Made by a program: the position numbers and the translations under genes
The notes under the pieces: model-generated
Database searches by the model: none
What the model was told of the DNA's origin: nothing
Seen by the model: the letters and a program-made list of their open reading frames with translations, nothing else
Shown here: positions 38,645 through 55,817 of the stretch, piece by piece
Position numbering within the stretch: position 1 is the stretch's first letter
Layout of the letters: every line of letters starts with the position of its first letter
From: Chrysomallon squamiferum
Lineage: Eukaryota; Animalia; Mollusca
Assembly (NCBI GenBank): GCA_012295275.1
Contig: CM022676.1
Coordinates: 9,052,001-9,116,000, forward strand
DNA: 64,000 bases
Direction: 5' to 3'

Positions 38645-38780
38645 AAGTCACGTGCACAAAGCATTCACACTTTTCCGCTGACGTCATTCGACCTCTGTTT
38701 CTTTCAACCAATGAGCTCCCAGCACCACAATGACCGATTTTTTTTTTTTTTTTTCCATGACGTCACGTTTAGCCGAAGCG
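38645..38780. promoter_or_regulatory. Promoter/enhancer-like motif cluster
   Basis: E-box CACGTG 38649-38654, CRE 38679-38686, CCAAT 38708-38712, CRE 38758-38765. Confidence 0.4.
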
Positions 38781-39066
38781 TTCTAAAAGATCTTAACCCC
38801 GGTACCCACAGAACGTTAATACGCTCAGCTTAACCTCCACGCCTCTGAGAAAAAAAAGCACTGTGAAAGCACTGGTTTAAACTCGCAATATCGCTTGAGG
38901 CAGCCATTACCCTGTTTGCTGTTTCGCTGACATTAATACAGCACTCACGATTTTATTAACTTGAGTGGGGGGGGGAAATAATATTTAATTTAATTAGCTG
39001 ACAAATGAAGTAACTGGCGTATAGTTAGGAGAATCATTAAACATCTCTCCATAGATATGTAGACAT

Positions 39067-39145
<79 letters not shown>

Positions 39146-39369
39146 TTTAATTATCTGTATAATATAAATCAGTAATATATATTTAAGTTTGAATGTTAAT
39201 GTACAAAGCAAAGGTTCTGAAACAGAGGCAAACATTTCTGGTTTTTAAATCGTTGACTTCTATTTTTTTATAAAAGAAAAGAACAAAGAAAACTGTAAAA
39301 TAGACAAGAAGAAGATTACACTGACTTTCACATTATTTTTATATATATTGTCATACTGTAGTTTTGCAC

Positions 39370-39419
<50 letters not shown>

Positions 39420-39998
39420 ACCTACCTATGTCTCTCGGTTTCTCTTTTGCAAACTGAATTACAATAAATTTTCCGACTCGCATGGACGTAAGTAAGTACA
39501 CAAATACTCACACACACACACACACACACACACTTACAGACCCACAAAGGTCACGCCATCCTTTATAACCTCATTTGTTCTTACGTCACTCGGTCTTCTG
39601 CGTCACAACCTATGACGTTTGTCGATATCGTTTTTCACGAAGTGACGTTCTTTCGCCGACTCCTTCTCGATCACTGTTCTATTTATAAACACTCTAAATA
39701 CGTCTGCGATCTATTTTTAGAGCTCGCCGCTCTGGCAGCCAGGACAGGAATATCAATGGAAATCGGATATTTTCCGTTTAACCATTCTGAAGTGAACTCT
39801 GCATGAGAACTGTCTGCGAATATGACGTAAATGTTTGTGTATATATATATATGTAACACATTGCGTATCTACAACGTACGTAGATATCATATACAGATGT
39901 CTGTGCCAGTTACGTTTTTTTGTTTGTTTTGGGTTTTTTTTTTTTAGTCTTTGTTTAACCCGGTCGAGACCGATTATATAGCAACCTCGAGAATTGTG

Positions 39999-40092
<94 letters not shown>

Positions 40093-40506
40093 TTGTTGTT
40101 ATTGTTATTATTATTCTTCCATTATTATTATTTCTCTATCTTCTTCTTCTTCTTATTGTTGTTGTTGCTATTATTGTTGTTGTTGTTATTTTTATTATTA
40201 TTATTATATTATTATTATTATTTAATTTAATTATATTTTTTTTGTTATTATTATTCTTCCACTGCGTCTTCTTTCTCTTCTTCTTCTTCTTCTTCTTATT
40301 GTTGTTGTTGTTGCTGCTGTTGCTGCTGTTGTTGCAGTTGTTGTTGTTGTTGCTTTTATTAAGATGTGTATGTTGGATTATTTAAGGGAGAAAAACATAA
40401 AGACTTTCCAAATATGATCCATCAAAATCTTTCTCTCTCTCTCTGTACATCTACCTATCTATCTTTCTATCTACCTACCTACCTGTCTACCTATCTACCT
40501 ATCCAC

Positions 40507-40542
<36 letters not shown>

Positions 40543-40589
40543 ATATCTATATATCTGTCTATCCACATCTCTATTTATAATCTCACTGA

Positions 40590-40800
40590 ATTGCTCAGCG
40601 GTTAAACTATCGACTATAAAACTGGTATATTCTGGGCTCGATTCCCTATAGGGTCTCCGTACAAGAGTTAATTGAAAAAGTCAAAGAGTTCCACATCCCA
40701 TTTTCTAATTAATAATCCTGTGCAGACATCATCACTGGCAGACATCCAGGGGCCACGAATGACGTGCTTGAGCCCTGAGTATACCCTTAGCGCGTTTTAA
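40590..40800 (+). mobile_element. Degenerate tRNA-derived SINE
   Basis: Pol III A-box-like TTGCTCAGCGG (40591-40601) and B-box-like GGGCTCGATTCCC (40634-40646) with tRNA-like spacing but no intact cloverleaf, followed by a unique body. The 3' boundary is approximate. Confidence 0.5.
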
Positions 40801-40892
40801 ACGACCTATCTGAATGAATCGATAAGAACGCCTCTAGTGGGATTATTGCAGCAAATTTCTTTGCTTAGAATTTACCATTAGAATAAAAATAA

Positions 40893-41165
40893 TATATATC
40901 TACATCTGTCTATTTGTCTACAGACACATACACACACAAACACATATGCACATACATACAGACACACACACACATATATATATATATATATGTATATATA
41001 TCTACATCTGTCTATTTGCCTACAGACACATACACACACAAACACATATGCACATACATACAGACACACACACACATATATATATATATATATGTATATA
41101 TATCTACATCTGTCTATTTGCCTACAGACACATACACACACAAACACATATGCACATACATACAG

Positions 41166-41199
<34 letters not shown>

Positions 41200-41261
41200 C
41201 TACATCTGTCTATTTGCCTACAGACACATACACACACAAACACATATGCACATACATACAG

Positions 41262-41301
<40 letters not shown>

Positions 41302-41380
41302 CTACATCTGTCTATATATATGCACATACATGTATATGTATATATATCTACATCTATCTATCTGTCTACAGACACATATA
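40893..41380. repeat. ~100 bp tandem repeat built from CA/TA microsatellites (4-5 copies)
   Basis: tctacatctgtctatttgcctacagacacatacacacacaaacacatatgcacatac recurs. Confidence 0.9.
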
Positions 41381-41547
41381 CACACACAGACGCACACACA
41401 AACCCACACACATACAGACACACACACACACAGATATACAGAGACACGCACACATACACACATACACACTCACATACACACACTAGTATTTATACAATAA
41501 ATACTGAGTTAGAGATAGTCAAACAGACACACACACAGACAGACATG

Positions 41548-41646
<99 letters not shown>

Positions 41647-41731
41647 TCATTTATACATATATCCAAGTGCATTTCTATCTCTGTGTAAACACACACACAC
41701 ACACATGCATATATATATGTATGTGTCTGTG

Positions 41732-41787
<56 letters not shown>

Positions 41788-42242
41788 ATGTATGTATATA
41801 TATATACACTCACAGATCTATGCGGGCGGACATGTAAATGAAGTGACTATAATTAGACTCAACCTGTTACCTGTACGCACCAGTGTAAGCTGGAAAAGTG
41901 AAAATTCTGCCAGCTTTTTTCGTTTGATTTATTTAATTATAGATCATGTAGGTGGGCTTAACAGTTAAGAGCACCTTTGTGTTACCTGTATTGTCTGTTC
42001 TGTCGTTACTCGGTTACCTGTAATACCTACAGCACAGTTAGTTATACGGTGTTGTAAATCGTCTGCAAAGACTCTTAATGTGTTTTATACAGTTTTCCCT
42101 TTTGTTTGCCGTTTGTATGTGTTCGGAATAAGCGTAGTTTGAATGCTTTTGTAGAATGTATTCAGAGCCGTGGTGTGAATGTAGAAGAGTTGCTTTATTT
42201 TGTTTTTGTGTATGTGTACGGCATGACATACACTGAAGACGA

Positions 42243-42278
<36 letters not shown>

Positions 42279-42372
42279 GTCTGTTGTGTGTTTGTGTACG
42301 CAAAACAAAATAATCCAAACACACTCAAACTTACATATATTTTTCTGATTTATATTATACAGATAATTAAAA

Positions 42373-42518
<146 letters not shown>

Positions 42519-42989
42519 CTCTCACACACTGTCTATCTATCTTTATATATCTATCTGTCTTTCTCTCTCTCTCTCAGACTGTGTGTATGTAGAGAATCCT
42601 ACATCTGCATCTGTTTTTAATCAAACTCTCTCTTTCTCCATCTCTCTATCTCTCTACCTGTCAGTCTATTCACACATCCATCTACATATCTGTCTGCCTG
42701 ACTGTCTCTCTCTCCCCCACTCCCTCTCTCTCTCCCCCTCCCTCTGCCACCCACCAACAGGATCATACCCTTGGTACTGTCTTTCTATGAAATCTTTGTC
42801 TCTCTCTCGCTCTCGGTTTCGCTGACAAAATCTTAATTGGATTGTCTAGTTGTTTTCTCCAGCTAGGCATTCCATTCGTTTTCTGGAATTGCACGTTTGT
42901 TGGCGAACGTTCCAGCAGTTAAACACAAACCTACACCAGCGGTTATAATCCTTTGAACAGAACAGTTATTGTTGTTGTTGTCGTTGTCG

Positions 42990-43024
<35 letters not shown>

Positions 43025-43142
43025 ATTATTATTGTCATTGTATTTTATTTTTTATTTTTACATATATATTTTTATTTTTTTACGTATGCACCTTGTTTAT
43101 ATTTGAAGATCATGTATCTGTATGTGTGTGTGCGTGTGTGTG

Positions 43143-43213
<71 letters not shown>

Positions 43214-44690
43214 GAGAGAGAGAGAGAAAGAAAGACAGACAGACAGACAGAAAAACAGACGCGCAGTTGTTCGTTTGCATGATTCTGCGCGTTCATGAAT
43301 CTCTTTTGTTTATGGTATATATATATATAAAGACGCATACACACACACACACACACAGAGACACACATATAATACTAATAACACACACACACACACACGC
43401 ACGCACAAACACATAGACAAATAGATGCACACAACATAATTTTATATATTCATTAACATGAGATCAGCACAAGACAGCGGACAGAAAAGCAGAGAATATA
43501 CTAATGATATTTATTTTTTTTTTTAAATCTTCTCTGAAGTTTCTGACCATTAATACATTTTAGACCCATCAGTACGAATGACCTCACTTCATCTAACCTA
43601 ACGGACGTTGACCTGTTTGGCGCGCGCTGTTCAGAAACGCAGACGATCACTGCAAATTAACTTGCTAAGAAAATAAAAAAAATAAAAAATAATAAAAATA
43701 ATAATAATAATATCTTCATACTTCACTTTCTTATACCGAGGCAGAAACTTGCTAATTAAGACGCGGTTTATTTTTAACTTGACATTTGACCTCATAATTA
43801 AATTAGCAGACGGCTTTTAAAGGATAATCTTTTGATATTCTTGCGATTGGAAGATTAACGACGGTTGCCATGGATAAACTTCGCGTCTAGTGATTCTCAG
43901 GTCCTCGGATCGCGTCTGGACACTGGTTTTTTACCAGAACAAATTGAAAGTTTGATCCTCGTTTAGGCTTTTTCAATACTCTTAAGAAAAAAATGGCATT
44001 AAAGATAATAACAGGGCAGATATGGTTGCAGACATTCTACTACTTCAGTCATGTTTGTTGACGTTTGTAAGAGAATGCATTAGATACGATGACGTAGCTG
44101 GTTATAGTGGCCAACAATCATCATCGACATCATCATCATCATCATAAATATTATTAATATGTTTCGTCATCAACATCTTCATCAATATTATCATCATCAT
44201 TATCAATATCTTCATCATCATCATCCTTATCATTAACATTAGCATGATCATCATCATTAATATCAACATGATGATCATCACCATCCTCATCATCAGTATC
44301 ATCATCTATATCATCATTATCATCAACACCATCATCTCAATATCATCATCAACAGCTGCAGCATCATTGTCATCATTATCAGCATCATCGCCACCATCAT
44401 AACTATCATCATCGCCATCACCATCATCATCGTCATCATCATTATGTTACCTTTTATTCAGACAAGTAGAGTAGATATATATATATATATATATATGAAT
44501 GACTCAGCTTGTCTGAAATAGCGAAACTGTCATTTTGAAAAGTTTATACTCTTCCGTTTATAAAGTACAAAAAAAAGAAAAAGAAATGTACTTAAGATCT
44601 ATTTTTGTTCTCTGTGGCTATTTTAAAACTGCCAGAGGCACTTGAAAGTACCGAAATAATCCACTTAGTCCTCTTCTGTCTCCGTTTATT

Positions 44691-44729
<39 letters not shown>

Positions 44730-44892
44730 TCATATATAGATATAAATATATATATATATATTTATATATATAAAAACAGAGAGATAGAGATGGACTGACA
44801 TACACAGAAACAAAGGAAACAGAAGGCTGATAGCCAGTTATAGTTAAATGTGTAATTGGCTGTGTATATAATGTATTTAAGGATATATCAGT

Positions 44893-44976
<84 letters not shown>

Positions 44977-45480
44977 GTATGCATCTCATTCTCAATATCT
45001 ATCTCTTTTAAATAACCACGTAATTACAAATTTACGTCTAAGACTTTTGTTTCAAAACTAATCCATTAACCTCTGACATGTGCAGATAATTCAGAGTATT
45101 TCGATATTTTCAGCTACTCCGTGTTTCGCAGTTTTGATTAGACGTCAGTTCGAAATTAGATCTATATCGACATCAGGTCAGTCTTGGCAACTCTTGTCCG
45201 CCATTTTCATAACTGGCATTAATCGATGTCATAAATTATTGGTTTATTTCGTTTGAAGATGGCTGTAAACTGTAGCTAATAAATTACTTATTTTTAATAT
45301 GTGTATTTCTCTAATTCTCTCCTGTTTTTTTGTTTTTGTTTTTTTGTTTTGTATTTTTATTACTTTTGTGTATCTATTGCTGTGTTCTTTTTGTGTGTAT
45401 ATTTTCTTCATTCCATCTTATTTGTTTTCTTTCCTTCTTTCTTTCTTTGTCTATCTCTCTGTCTGTCAACCTATCTGTCC

Positions 45481-45551
<71 letters not shown>

Positions 45552-45574
45552 CTAACTATCTGTCTATCAACCTG

Positions 45575-46190
45575 TCTTTCTTTCAGATTATTCTCATACC
45601 CATTTGTTTCCATCTGTTTTCTCTTTTCTTCTTCTTCTTTTTCTTCTTTTTTTTTCTTTCTTTTATCTCAAATCTTCTTTGCTTACATTTATTTTTACTT
45701 TTCTTATGACGTCTTGTTATCTTTTTTGCTCAACATGAAAGGAACAAGCTTTTTCGTTTCTTTCACCTACGAGTAAACATTCGACACGCAGGAATAGCTG
45801 CCAATATTGAGTATTAGTTTCGTATTTATGTCGACATTAAACAAACATCATTATCATGCAGCTGATAAAAACTTATATATGTCTTTTATTATAAGTATTA
45901 TAACGTGCTTCACAACAGCTTGCTCTGATTAGCACGTTAATTTTTTTTCACTTCACTTCACCATTATTATTATTAACTGCTGTCTGATGATAAAGGAACG
46001 TGTAAAAGAAGTTTTGTGAACGCAATAATAAAATCATGTACCGCGAAAACGAGAATGAAAAAAAGGAATCCGTAAATTGTGTTTACGTCATTTTTTGGTT
46101 TGAATGACGTCAAAAGACGGTGCGTTGTAACAAACAGGTATAACTGAGGAGCAGTTTTAATGTGTTAAGTTTTGTGTTATTATATAAACA

Positions 46191-46240
<50 letters not shown>

Positions 46241-46272
46241 AATACCAGTGCATATTCTTACAAACAGATTAT
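45575..46272 (+). repeat. Left arm of a diverged ~0.7 kb inverted duplication
   Basis: e.g. aaacattcgacacgcaggaatagctgc and gacgtcaaaagacggtgcgttgtaacaaacaggtataactgag are reverse complements of sequence at 55.1-55.7 kb. Confidence 0.9.
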
Positions 46273-46734
46273 ATTACACAGATAGACATAAAGGGACAGA
46301 TAGATACACAGAGAGACAGATTATATATATATATATATATACACACATACATACACACACACACATACATGACAGATAGATTAGACAGAAATAGATTGAC
46401 AGAACGACAGAGTGACAAATGGACGGGCAGATAAATAAAAGGAGAATCAGCATAAAGCAAAACATATACAGACAGAGAAGCAAAAATAACAATCAACATC
46501 ATCGTCATCAACAACATCATCATCAGTATCATCATTTATTGCTGACACGAACTGTGTGTCACATTAACCCTCTTTGTCTGTGTGTGCTTCGATATACGTA
46601 CGTAACCCACCTACCTGTACACGTATACCCGTATATACCTGCCTACTGCATACATACATACATACACGCCATACATATCCACTACAGTGTGTTAAATCGT
46701 AGTTTATACATACATACATACATACATACATACA

Positions 46735-46770
<36 letters not shown>

Positions 46771-46931
46771 TATATCTTATGTTCTAAGAGTAATCCACTC
46801 GATGCTCCTCCCATAATAACTTTTGGCAGGGTGACATTAGTTTCCCAAAAGTACATGTTTCGTTTCAACACCCATTTGAAATATTACACTGACACTTTAA
46901 TAGTTTAGTGTGTATTTAGGTTACAGGACTA

Positions 46932-47373
<442 letters not shown>

Positions 47374-47508
47374 AGATGGAGTCTGTAGAGAGAGGAGAGA
47401 GAGAGAGAAACAGAAACAGAGAGACCATGCTTTCGAGTGTGAAAGAGCTTCTCAGACCTGAAAACTCTCATAAATATTTCAATGGCGATATTAATTAAGT
47501 CGCAGTTA

Positions 47509-48365
47509 TATCTACAGCAACGTAGGTATGTTGTAAATTCATCAGAAACAATATTATATCATGCTTAGCTCTTTATTTTGTTAGCTGATACTTAAAGCGA
47601 TCTGGCTTTTAAAGTGTATCTCAAGAAACAGTATCATTAACATAGCTTAAAGTGGCAATCCTGTAACATGGTATTGACATCTTGTAAAAAAAAAAACCCC
47701 AAAAAACCAGTAGTATTTAAAAAAAATAAAAATAAAAATAAAAAAATAAAATAAAATAAAATAAAATAAAATAAACAACTCTCCGAAAAATAAATAACAA
47801 TAATAGCAAGAAGAAATAAATAGAAATAAAATGAATTACATTTTTCGTAATTATATTAGTAATTATATGTAATCTCGATATTATGAATGTAAGTATGTAG
47901 TTTTAGGATTTTGAATATTCTCCGTCATATATAAATACGTACGTCAGATTAGGTGCTCATATTTCAAGGGCTATATTAGTCATAACTTTATCAACAACAA
48001 TATAGGTAGGGTTTAAATTCACCAAAAACAATATTATGACATGCTTAACTGTTTATTTTGTTAGCTAATACTTAAAATAATCCTGATTTGAGAGGTAAAT
48101 CTTTAGAATCAATATCATTAGCATAGATTAAAATGACAATCCCTCTAACATTGTATTGACATTTTGTAATAATAATTTAAAAACAAAGTCAATAAATAAA
48201 TAAATAAATAAACCCACCTACAAATAAACAACAAACAACAACAACCCCCCAAAACAACCAAAAACAACCAAAAAGAATAATAATAATAATAATAAATAAT
48301 TACTTAGAAATAAAATGGCTTACATTTTCGTAATTATGTTAGTTATATATTTAATTTCGATATTA
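47509..48365. repeat. Diverged direct duplication, ~480 bp period
   Basis: catgcttagctctttattttgttagctgatacttaaa vs catgcttaactgtttattttgttagctaatacttaaa. Both copies end in ttacattttcgtaattat. Confidence 0.8.
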
Positions 48366-48373
48366 TATATGTA

Positions 48374-48465
<92 letters not shown>

Positions 48466-49282
48466 AGATAGGTTCTATATTATCCATATCATATATCGCT
48501 TTAAAAAAAATATATATAATAAATTATATTCGAGTTTAGCCATTCCTTCAATCGTGTTCTGTATAGCTCATACTTAACCGTATCTTCATTCAGTCTTGTC
48601 ATATACAAATTACAGGTTTCATATTTTCCGTATCACATTGAGAAAAGAAATAACTGATATCACAGTGTATTGCCAACTTCGAAATCTATACAGCATTTAG
48701 TTAAAGCGTATCTTCGTTTTATCTTGACATATATACATAGATAGGTTTCATATTTTCCGTATCATATGTCGATGGATAAAAAGAAGACAGACTCAAGGGT
48801 TATATAGTGTATGCTAAGGTTAGAAGAGTCGAAAGGTGAAAAGATTATAGTAAATGGTTTCTTGTGGAAAGCATGACGACCCTGGAAAGAGAGGGGGCGA
48901 AATACGGAGACGAATTAATAATTTCACGCCTCGTTTAAAGACAATAAGAACAGCCAAGAAGGTCACAGTTATTTTTAGATGACCTCCACCCAGAAACCCA
49001 TTAAAACAGAGAGGCTGTTCCGTCTATTGCGTTCACATCTGCGGTAAGATTCATTCTTTAAACGAACGAATTTTGACAGTAGGTCAACGACTTGTATAAT
49101 TTTTATTTATTAATTTTTATTCCTTTCTTGACGTCTGCTAATCGTAGAGTGCATATAGTTCATGCAGCCGTTAGCCTGTGTCTCCAGGGCAACACAACAG
49201 AAGTCATAAAAACAAATTTTAGTTCACGTAATATCAAAATAATTATGAAGAAACTGAAATGAAAGTATTGAGATATTGTCAA

Positions 49283-49347
<65 letters not shown>

Positions 49348-49621
49348 CCGTACCATTACAACAACTACTACAGTTGTTTCTTCTACTACTATTATTAATC
49401 TTTAATTATAATTTGTTTATAACCTTATTTATTGTTTTGTTCCTTTTGTTTATTTGTTTATTTGGTGCAACAATACATTTCAGACGGCTGATCTCCTCTG
49501 TTATCTTATCAATATGTTCGGACTAATTCAAAAGTAGATTATCTTTCGTTTCTCTTTCTTATCATCGACATTTCCATCGTCTTTTTAATCTTCAGTGCCA
49601 CTAATCACTCCACAGTAATTT

Positions 49622-49708
<87 letters not shown>

Positions 49709-50321
49709 TCTGAGAGGGTGAAAAAATAAAATAAATAAATAAAATAAAATAAACCTTATACAGAAAATTAAAATACGCCTGTGTCTTGTTCACACCTAAA
49801 GAAATGAATCTTTTTCTCACTGCACTATTTTCAACGCGGATGAACACTGATAGCCAGTTGGCCTCCGGCAGTGAGAAAACCCGTTTGTGGACACTAAAAC
49901 TCTTCACGGCTGTTTGAATAGGTCATTTAGATGACAGTGAACAAAGGCACCTTCGTTTGTCATCGAAATTAATGGTCATACATCAACAATGTGTACTTTT
50001 AGCCAGTCTTTCGTGTGAGATTGATGTGAGAAAATTAGAATCGAAATCTTCTGTTTTCCTTTTTTCCTTTAGAGTACTTCGTTTATTTTTATTATTATTA
50101 TTATTATTATTATTTTTTTTTTTTTTTTTTTTTTATTTTATTATTTTATTAATTTTACCAGTTTCTTTGTTTCTTATTTCCTTCTCATTTTGTCTTTCTT
50201 TGTCTTTATATCTATTGCTCAAATATCCACCATTTTCATTATTTTCTTAATCTGTGAATCTATCTGTCTGTTTGTCTGTTTGTCCATCTCTGTCTCTTTC
50301 TCTGGTTTAAAACCACACAGA

Positions 50322-50354
<33 letters not shown>

Positions 50355-51341
50355 ACAGTCAGACAGATACATACACACGTAGACACACATACATTCCTAC
50401 ACACACAGACACGCACAGACAGACCCAAGCACGCGCACAATACAGCAAGCACGCACAGACACGCAAAGCATATTATACGAACTAGATAGACCCTTAGACC
50501 TACAATTCAGTGAATGATCCAGAAGAAACATATTTTGTTATCAATATGCAAATCGAGGCTGACATTGTTTTCTGACAACATATGGTTGTTCGCACGCTAG
50601 GACAGATATAGATTTGTACAAGGAATAAATAAATAAATAAATACAAAATATACATAAATATTCATGAGAATTCATTTTTTTTTTAATTTCCTTTACATTT
50701 CTTTTTTTTTTTTTTTTTTTTTTTTTTAGACAGTATGGAGAAATCACATATGTAGGTGGATGGGTGTACCTATATAATGTACATATAGACACACACACAC
50801 ACACACATACGTACATACATACATATATGCATAATTATACATCCCACAAGAATAGATACACGCAAAAATGACGAAAGACATAGAACTGCGTGCTTCGTGG
50901 GAAGAATGATTACCCTCCGCATTCGGAATATTCAAATCCTAAATGGGTATCATCCATACGTTCGAGTCTTGTCACACGGCATCTGACGGGTTTGTAAAAT
51001 GTCGTAATTGGACTTTGTCCTCCTGTGAATCCAGCGTGTTATCTACATTGAATATTGTCTATGTGCAGAGTCTATTAAGACAGACTTATATCTATAAGAC
51101 AGAGAATATTCAAATCCTAAATTACATATATCTACATCCATTATATCTACATATCAGACTTATATCTACACACTTATATCTACACAGACTTATATCTACC
51201 TATCAGACTTTAATCAGGTCAGCCTATAAAATCTCATATCTACCTATCAAACAATCTACTGTTATATCACCACATGAATCAAACTTATATCTACCTATCA
51301 AACTTAACTACAATCCTCCTAGTTTACTACGTACAGAAACC

Positions 51342-51387
<46 letters not shown>

Positions 51388-51453
51388 TACATACACTCAC
51401 ATATCACACAGACACACAGCAATATATACATAGATACATACTCTTACACACTT

Positions 51454-51486
<33 letters not shown>

Positions 51487-51843
51487 TATTTCTCTCTCTG
51501 AAACATACACACTCACACACACTAACACACACACACACACATATTCTCTCTCTCTCTCAAACAAACACACACACACACACACACACACATACACACACAT
51601 ATTCAACCAACCCACATACTCGCCTATTCTCAAACAAACACGTCTACAGTCTACATCAGCACAGACTACAAACTGTATCATATTGTCTCTACCATCTGTT
51701 CATACATTAATCTGTAAACACCAAACACAGTATGTAATATACACCATATGGACAGACGTAATACGTACGCAGATAAATTCAGACACAAAAACAAACACAT
51801 ACCTACACAGAAACAAACACTCGTTAAACACACACGTCTATGT

Positions 51844-51921
<78 letters not shown>

Positions 51922-52507
51922 CACAGACGTTTATCTATAACAACGCAAAACAAAGCTGTTATAAATCATCCCTATAAACAACAAACGTAATATCTATCTC
52001 ACAGTTATGTAGTAAATAACATTTCCTATCTTTCTGTACGCGATGCAGGACTTGTATCTGTTTTTGATAAAAAACCTTACAGTTTATTATTGTTGAGGAA
52101 AACACGATAAATTAGCGATAAACTAGTTCCACGTTCGAATGGAGGACATGTTTTGTAGACTGGACTCAGGTGTTTGTTACGCCGCGTACACACGTTAATA
52201 TGTATTTAGTGTGTGCTGTTAGTACCAGTGTAGTTTTACTAGTCCAGATGTGCCCACGTCATAACTGATATCAATAATATTATTTTATTTTGTTTAATCT
52301 CTCTCTCTCTCTCTCTCCTTCTTTTCTTCTTATAATTATAATTATTATTATTGTTTCTATTATAATTATTGTTAGTAGTAGTAGTAGTAGTAGTAATTGT
52401 TAGCATCGTCAACATCATCAGTAATATTACTGTTGTTATTATTATGATCGTTATTTTTAGAACCACCATTACTGTTATCATTATTTTTATTTTTATTATT
52501 TATAAAG

Positions 52508-52558
<51 letters not shown>

Positions 52559-53230
52559 TAGTAGAAGTAATAATAGCAGTAGCAGAAAAAGCAGTAGTAG
52601 CAGTAGTGATAGTAGTAATAACAGTAGTAGCAGTAATACTAATATTAGTAGTAGTAGCGTTGGTAACAGCGGTACTGGTAGCAATGATATAAATAAATAA
52701 ATAAATAAATAAACAAATAAATAAACAATAGCCACAAATCGGTAGACGCAATCGCTTTTCCCCGAACGAACGATCGACAAACACCAATGAGGGGACCAAT
52801 CCAGTATTAATCTTTACCGCCTTCGTCGTCGTTTCCGTTACCATGGCAACGACATGCACGTGTATCACGTCTACATGGAGAAGTGTCCAAGTATCGATAT
52901 CATTTGTACATCATCATTCCGTCGAAGAATCGCGATCGACAAGCAGAAAACTGACAGCCAACTAAATGATTGATTGGCAGGTTGCTAGGAGATTTTTGTC
53001 TTGGGGGGGGAGGGAGAGAGAGAGTGTGTGTGTGTGTGGGTGGGTGTGTAGTGGTGTACGGACGGCCCAGAGAAAGACTGAGGGTGGGGAGAAAGAGACA
53101 CACAGACAGACACACACACACACATATACACACACACAAAAGAGTATGAGAGAGGAAGGGAGGGAGGGAGGGAGGGAGGGAGAGAGAGAGAGAGAGAGAG
53201 GGGGGAGAGAGAAATAGAGAGAGAGAAAGG

Positions 53231-53301
<71 letters not shown>

Positions 53302-53549
53302 AGGGAGGGAGGGAGAGACGAGAGAGAGAGAGAAAGTGAATTAGACATATATATATATTAAAAAGAAATACTGACACTCTATTAACTTCAGTAGTAGAAC
53401 AGTAATAATAGCAGTATTAGTAGTAGAAGAAGAAATAGCAGTAGTCATTTTTTTCTAGTGATACAGATAAAGACAGAAAGTGAGAGACTGGGGACGAAAG
53501 GAAAGAGTATAGTAGCAGTAATAGTAGCAATAGTAGTTATAGTAGTTGT

Positions 53550-53587
<38 letters not shown>

Positions 53588-53650
53588 ATAGTAATAGTAG
53601 CAGAAGAAACAACTGTAGTAGTTGTTGTAATGATACCGAGAGAAAGAAAG

Positions 53651-53718
<68 letters not shown>

Positions 53719-54032
53719 TAAAAAGAAAAGCAACATGGATCAGACATAACAATCACCTCGCAAACAACGTTTTTTACACCCAACCTAAAACGACATTTCA
53801 AACACACTAACAGTAACACTAACATTTCTACAAACAAATCATAACACGTCATAACCCATAACCAAAAACACTCCACAAGCACCCTATCACGAGCCGATCA
53901 CTCTGTCCCGCTAATAATTACATAATCAGCCGGAATTAACCACACCGCAGAGTTACCGAACTTTGCAACGACCTTAAAACGTGAGCCGTTCGTACAAATA
54001 TATTCATGCACTTGACGTCAAGTTCATTTTGT

Positions 54033-54074
<42 letters not shown>

Positions 54075-54443
54075 AATACTGCAAACGAAGGAGTTTACTC
54101 GTAGCGACAGAAAGCAGAGAACACAACAAGCCTTTGTCATTCGTTGTAATAGTTTACCTATTCACCGCAGCCAGCGTTTATTGTAACGTTTGGGTCTTTG
54201 TGATGGGAAAAAAAAAATTAAAAAAATAAAAATAAAAAAATTGTAGAATAAGATTAATGTTATCTACGTGTACAGGCCTGTTACAGTATGTCTCTGTTAT
54301 GTATATTGACGGATGTGTGTGCGTGTGTGTGTGCGTGTGTGTGCGTGTATGCGCAGTATATGTGTGTCTATGTGTGTATGCGTATATGTGTACACAGAGA
54401 AAGATAGTCAAGCTAAAACAATCGATTATTTGTTACAGTTCTA

Positions 54444-54483
<40 letters not shown>

Positions 54484-54599
54484 GACCAGTTAATGAATAA
54501 ATATATATTTATAATCATGCATGCATGCATACATACGTACGTACGTACATAACAACATATATATATATATGTACACACAGACACATATAATGCGTACCT

Positions 54600-54634
<35 letters not shown>

Positions 54635-55011
54635 TTCTTCCTAACATTATTATTTTTATTTTTTTTATTTTTTGTGTGTTCTTGTTTTACTGTGGTGGGC
54701 TTTTTTTTTTTTTTTTTTTTACATTTATTTTTAAGTTTTATTTATTTATCAACATAAACCAGTTTCCTCAGTCGGATGGAACTAAGAATAAGTAAAGAGC
54801 TCGTAGCTGGGCTTACTGTTCTGTGTGTGTTACTGTATCGGTCGATATCCTGTATGTGATTCTATTTCAACGATAACTGGTTTTCTTTCCAGCGAAACAG
54901 CCATCATTACTGAACCAGTGCAAACGGAACTCAGTCGATCACTTTGCCTCACGTGACCATGCAGTGGCGTGACGTCACAGCTCTGCGTGCGACAGTAGCT
55001 TCTTGTGTTGG

Positions 55012-55061
<50 letters not shown>

Positions 55062-55107
55062 ACAATAGACAGACAGATACAAATAGATAGCTAGATAGAT
55101 AACAGAC

Positions 55108-55730
55108 AATCTGTATGTAAGAATATGTGTAATGGTATTTGTCTTCACTCGTTCGTTCTATCCATATGTTTATCTGTGTGTATTTGTGTGTTAGATATAA
55201 AAAGACAAAAATTAAACACATTAAAACTGCTTCTCAGTTATACCTGTTTGTTACAACGCACCGTCTTTTGACGTCATTCAGAGTAAAATGACGTGATGAC
55301 AATTTATTGGATTCCTTTTATAATCTCGTTTTCGCGGTACATGATTTTATTAACATTTTCAAAGTTTCTTATAAACGTTCCTTTATCAACAAAGAACAGC
55401 TAGTAACAATATTAGTAATAAAAAACATATATAAGATTTTTATCAGCTGAATGATAATGGTGTTTGTTTAATGTCGACATAAATACGAAACTAATACTCA
55501 ATATTCGCAGCTATTCCTGCGTGTCGAATGTTTATCGGTTGGTGAATAAAAAGAAAACGCTTTTCCATTCATGTTAAGCAAACAAATAAAAAAAAAATAA
55601 CAAAACGTCATATCAAAGAAAAATAAATGTAAGCAGAGAAGATTTAAGATAAAGGAAATAAAAAAATAAATAAATAAAAAAGAGATAACGGAAGGCATAA
55701 AAATGGGAGTGAGGATAAATTGAAAGAAAC
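55108..55730 (-). repeat. Right arm of the ~0.7 kb inverted duplication
   Basis: ctcagttatacctgtttgttacaacgcaccgtcttttgacgtc and gcagctattcctgcgtgtcgaatgttt match the left arm in reverse. Confidence 0.9.
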
Positions 55731-55784
55731 ATGATGATAGAGAAAGACATATAGACTGATGTATAGAGATAGACAGACAGTCAG

Positions 55785-55817
<33 letters not shown>

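Noticed and set aside
38905-38933. ATG TCA GCG AAA CAG CAA ACA GG|GTAATG as a third first exon
   Set aside because: Phase 2, incompatible with phase-0 exon 2.
40590-40660. Possible tRNA gene
   Set aside because: A/B-like boxes only, with no acceptor or anticodon stems. Treated as a SINE head.
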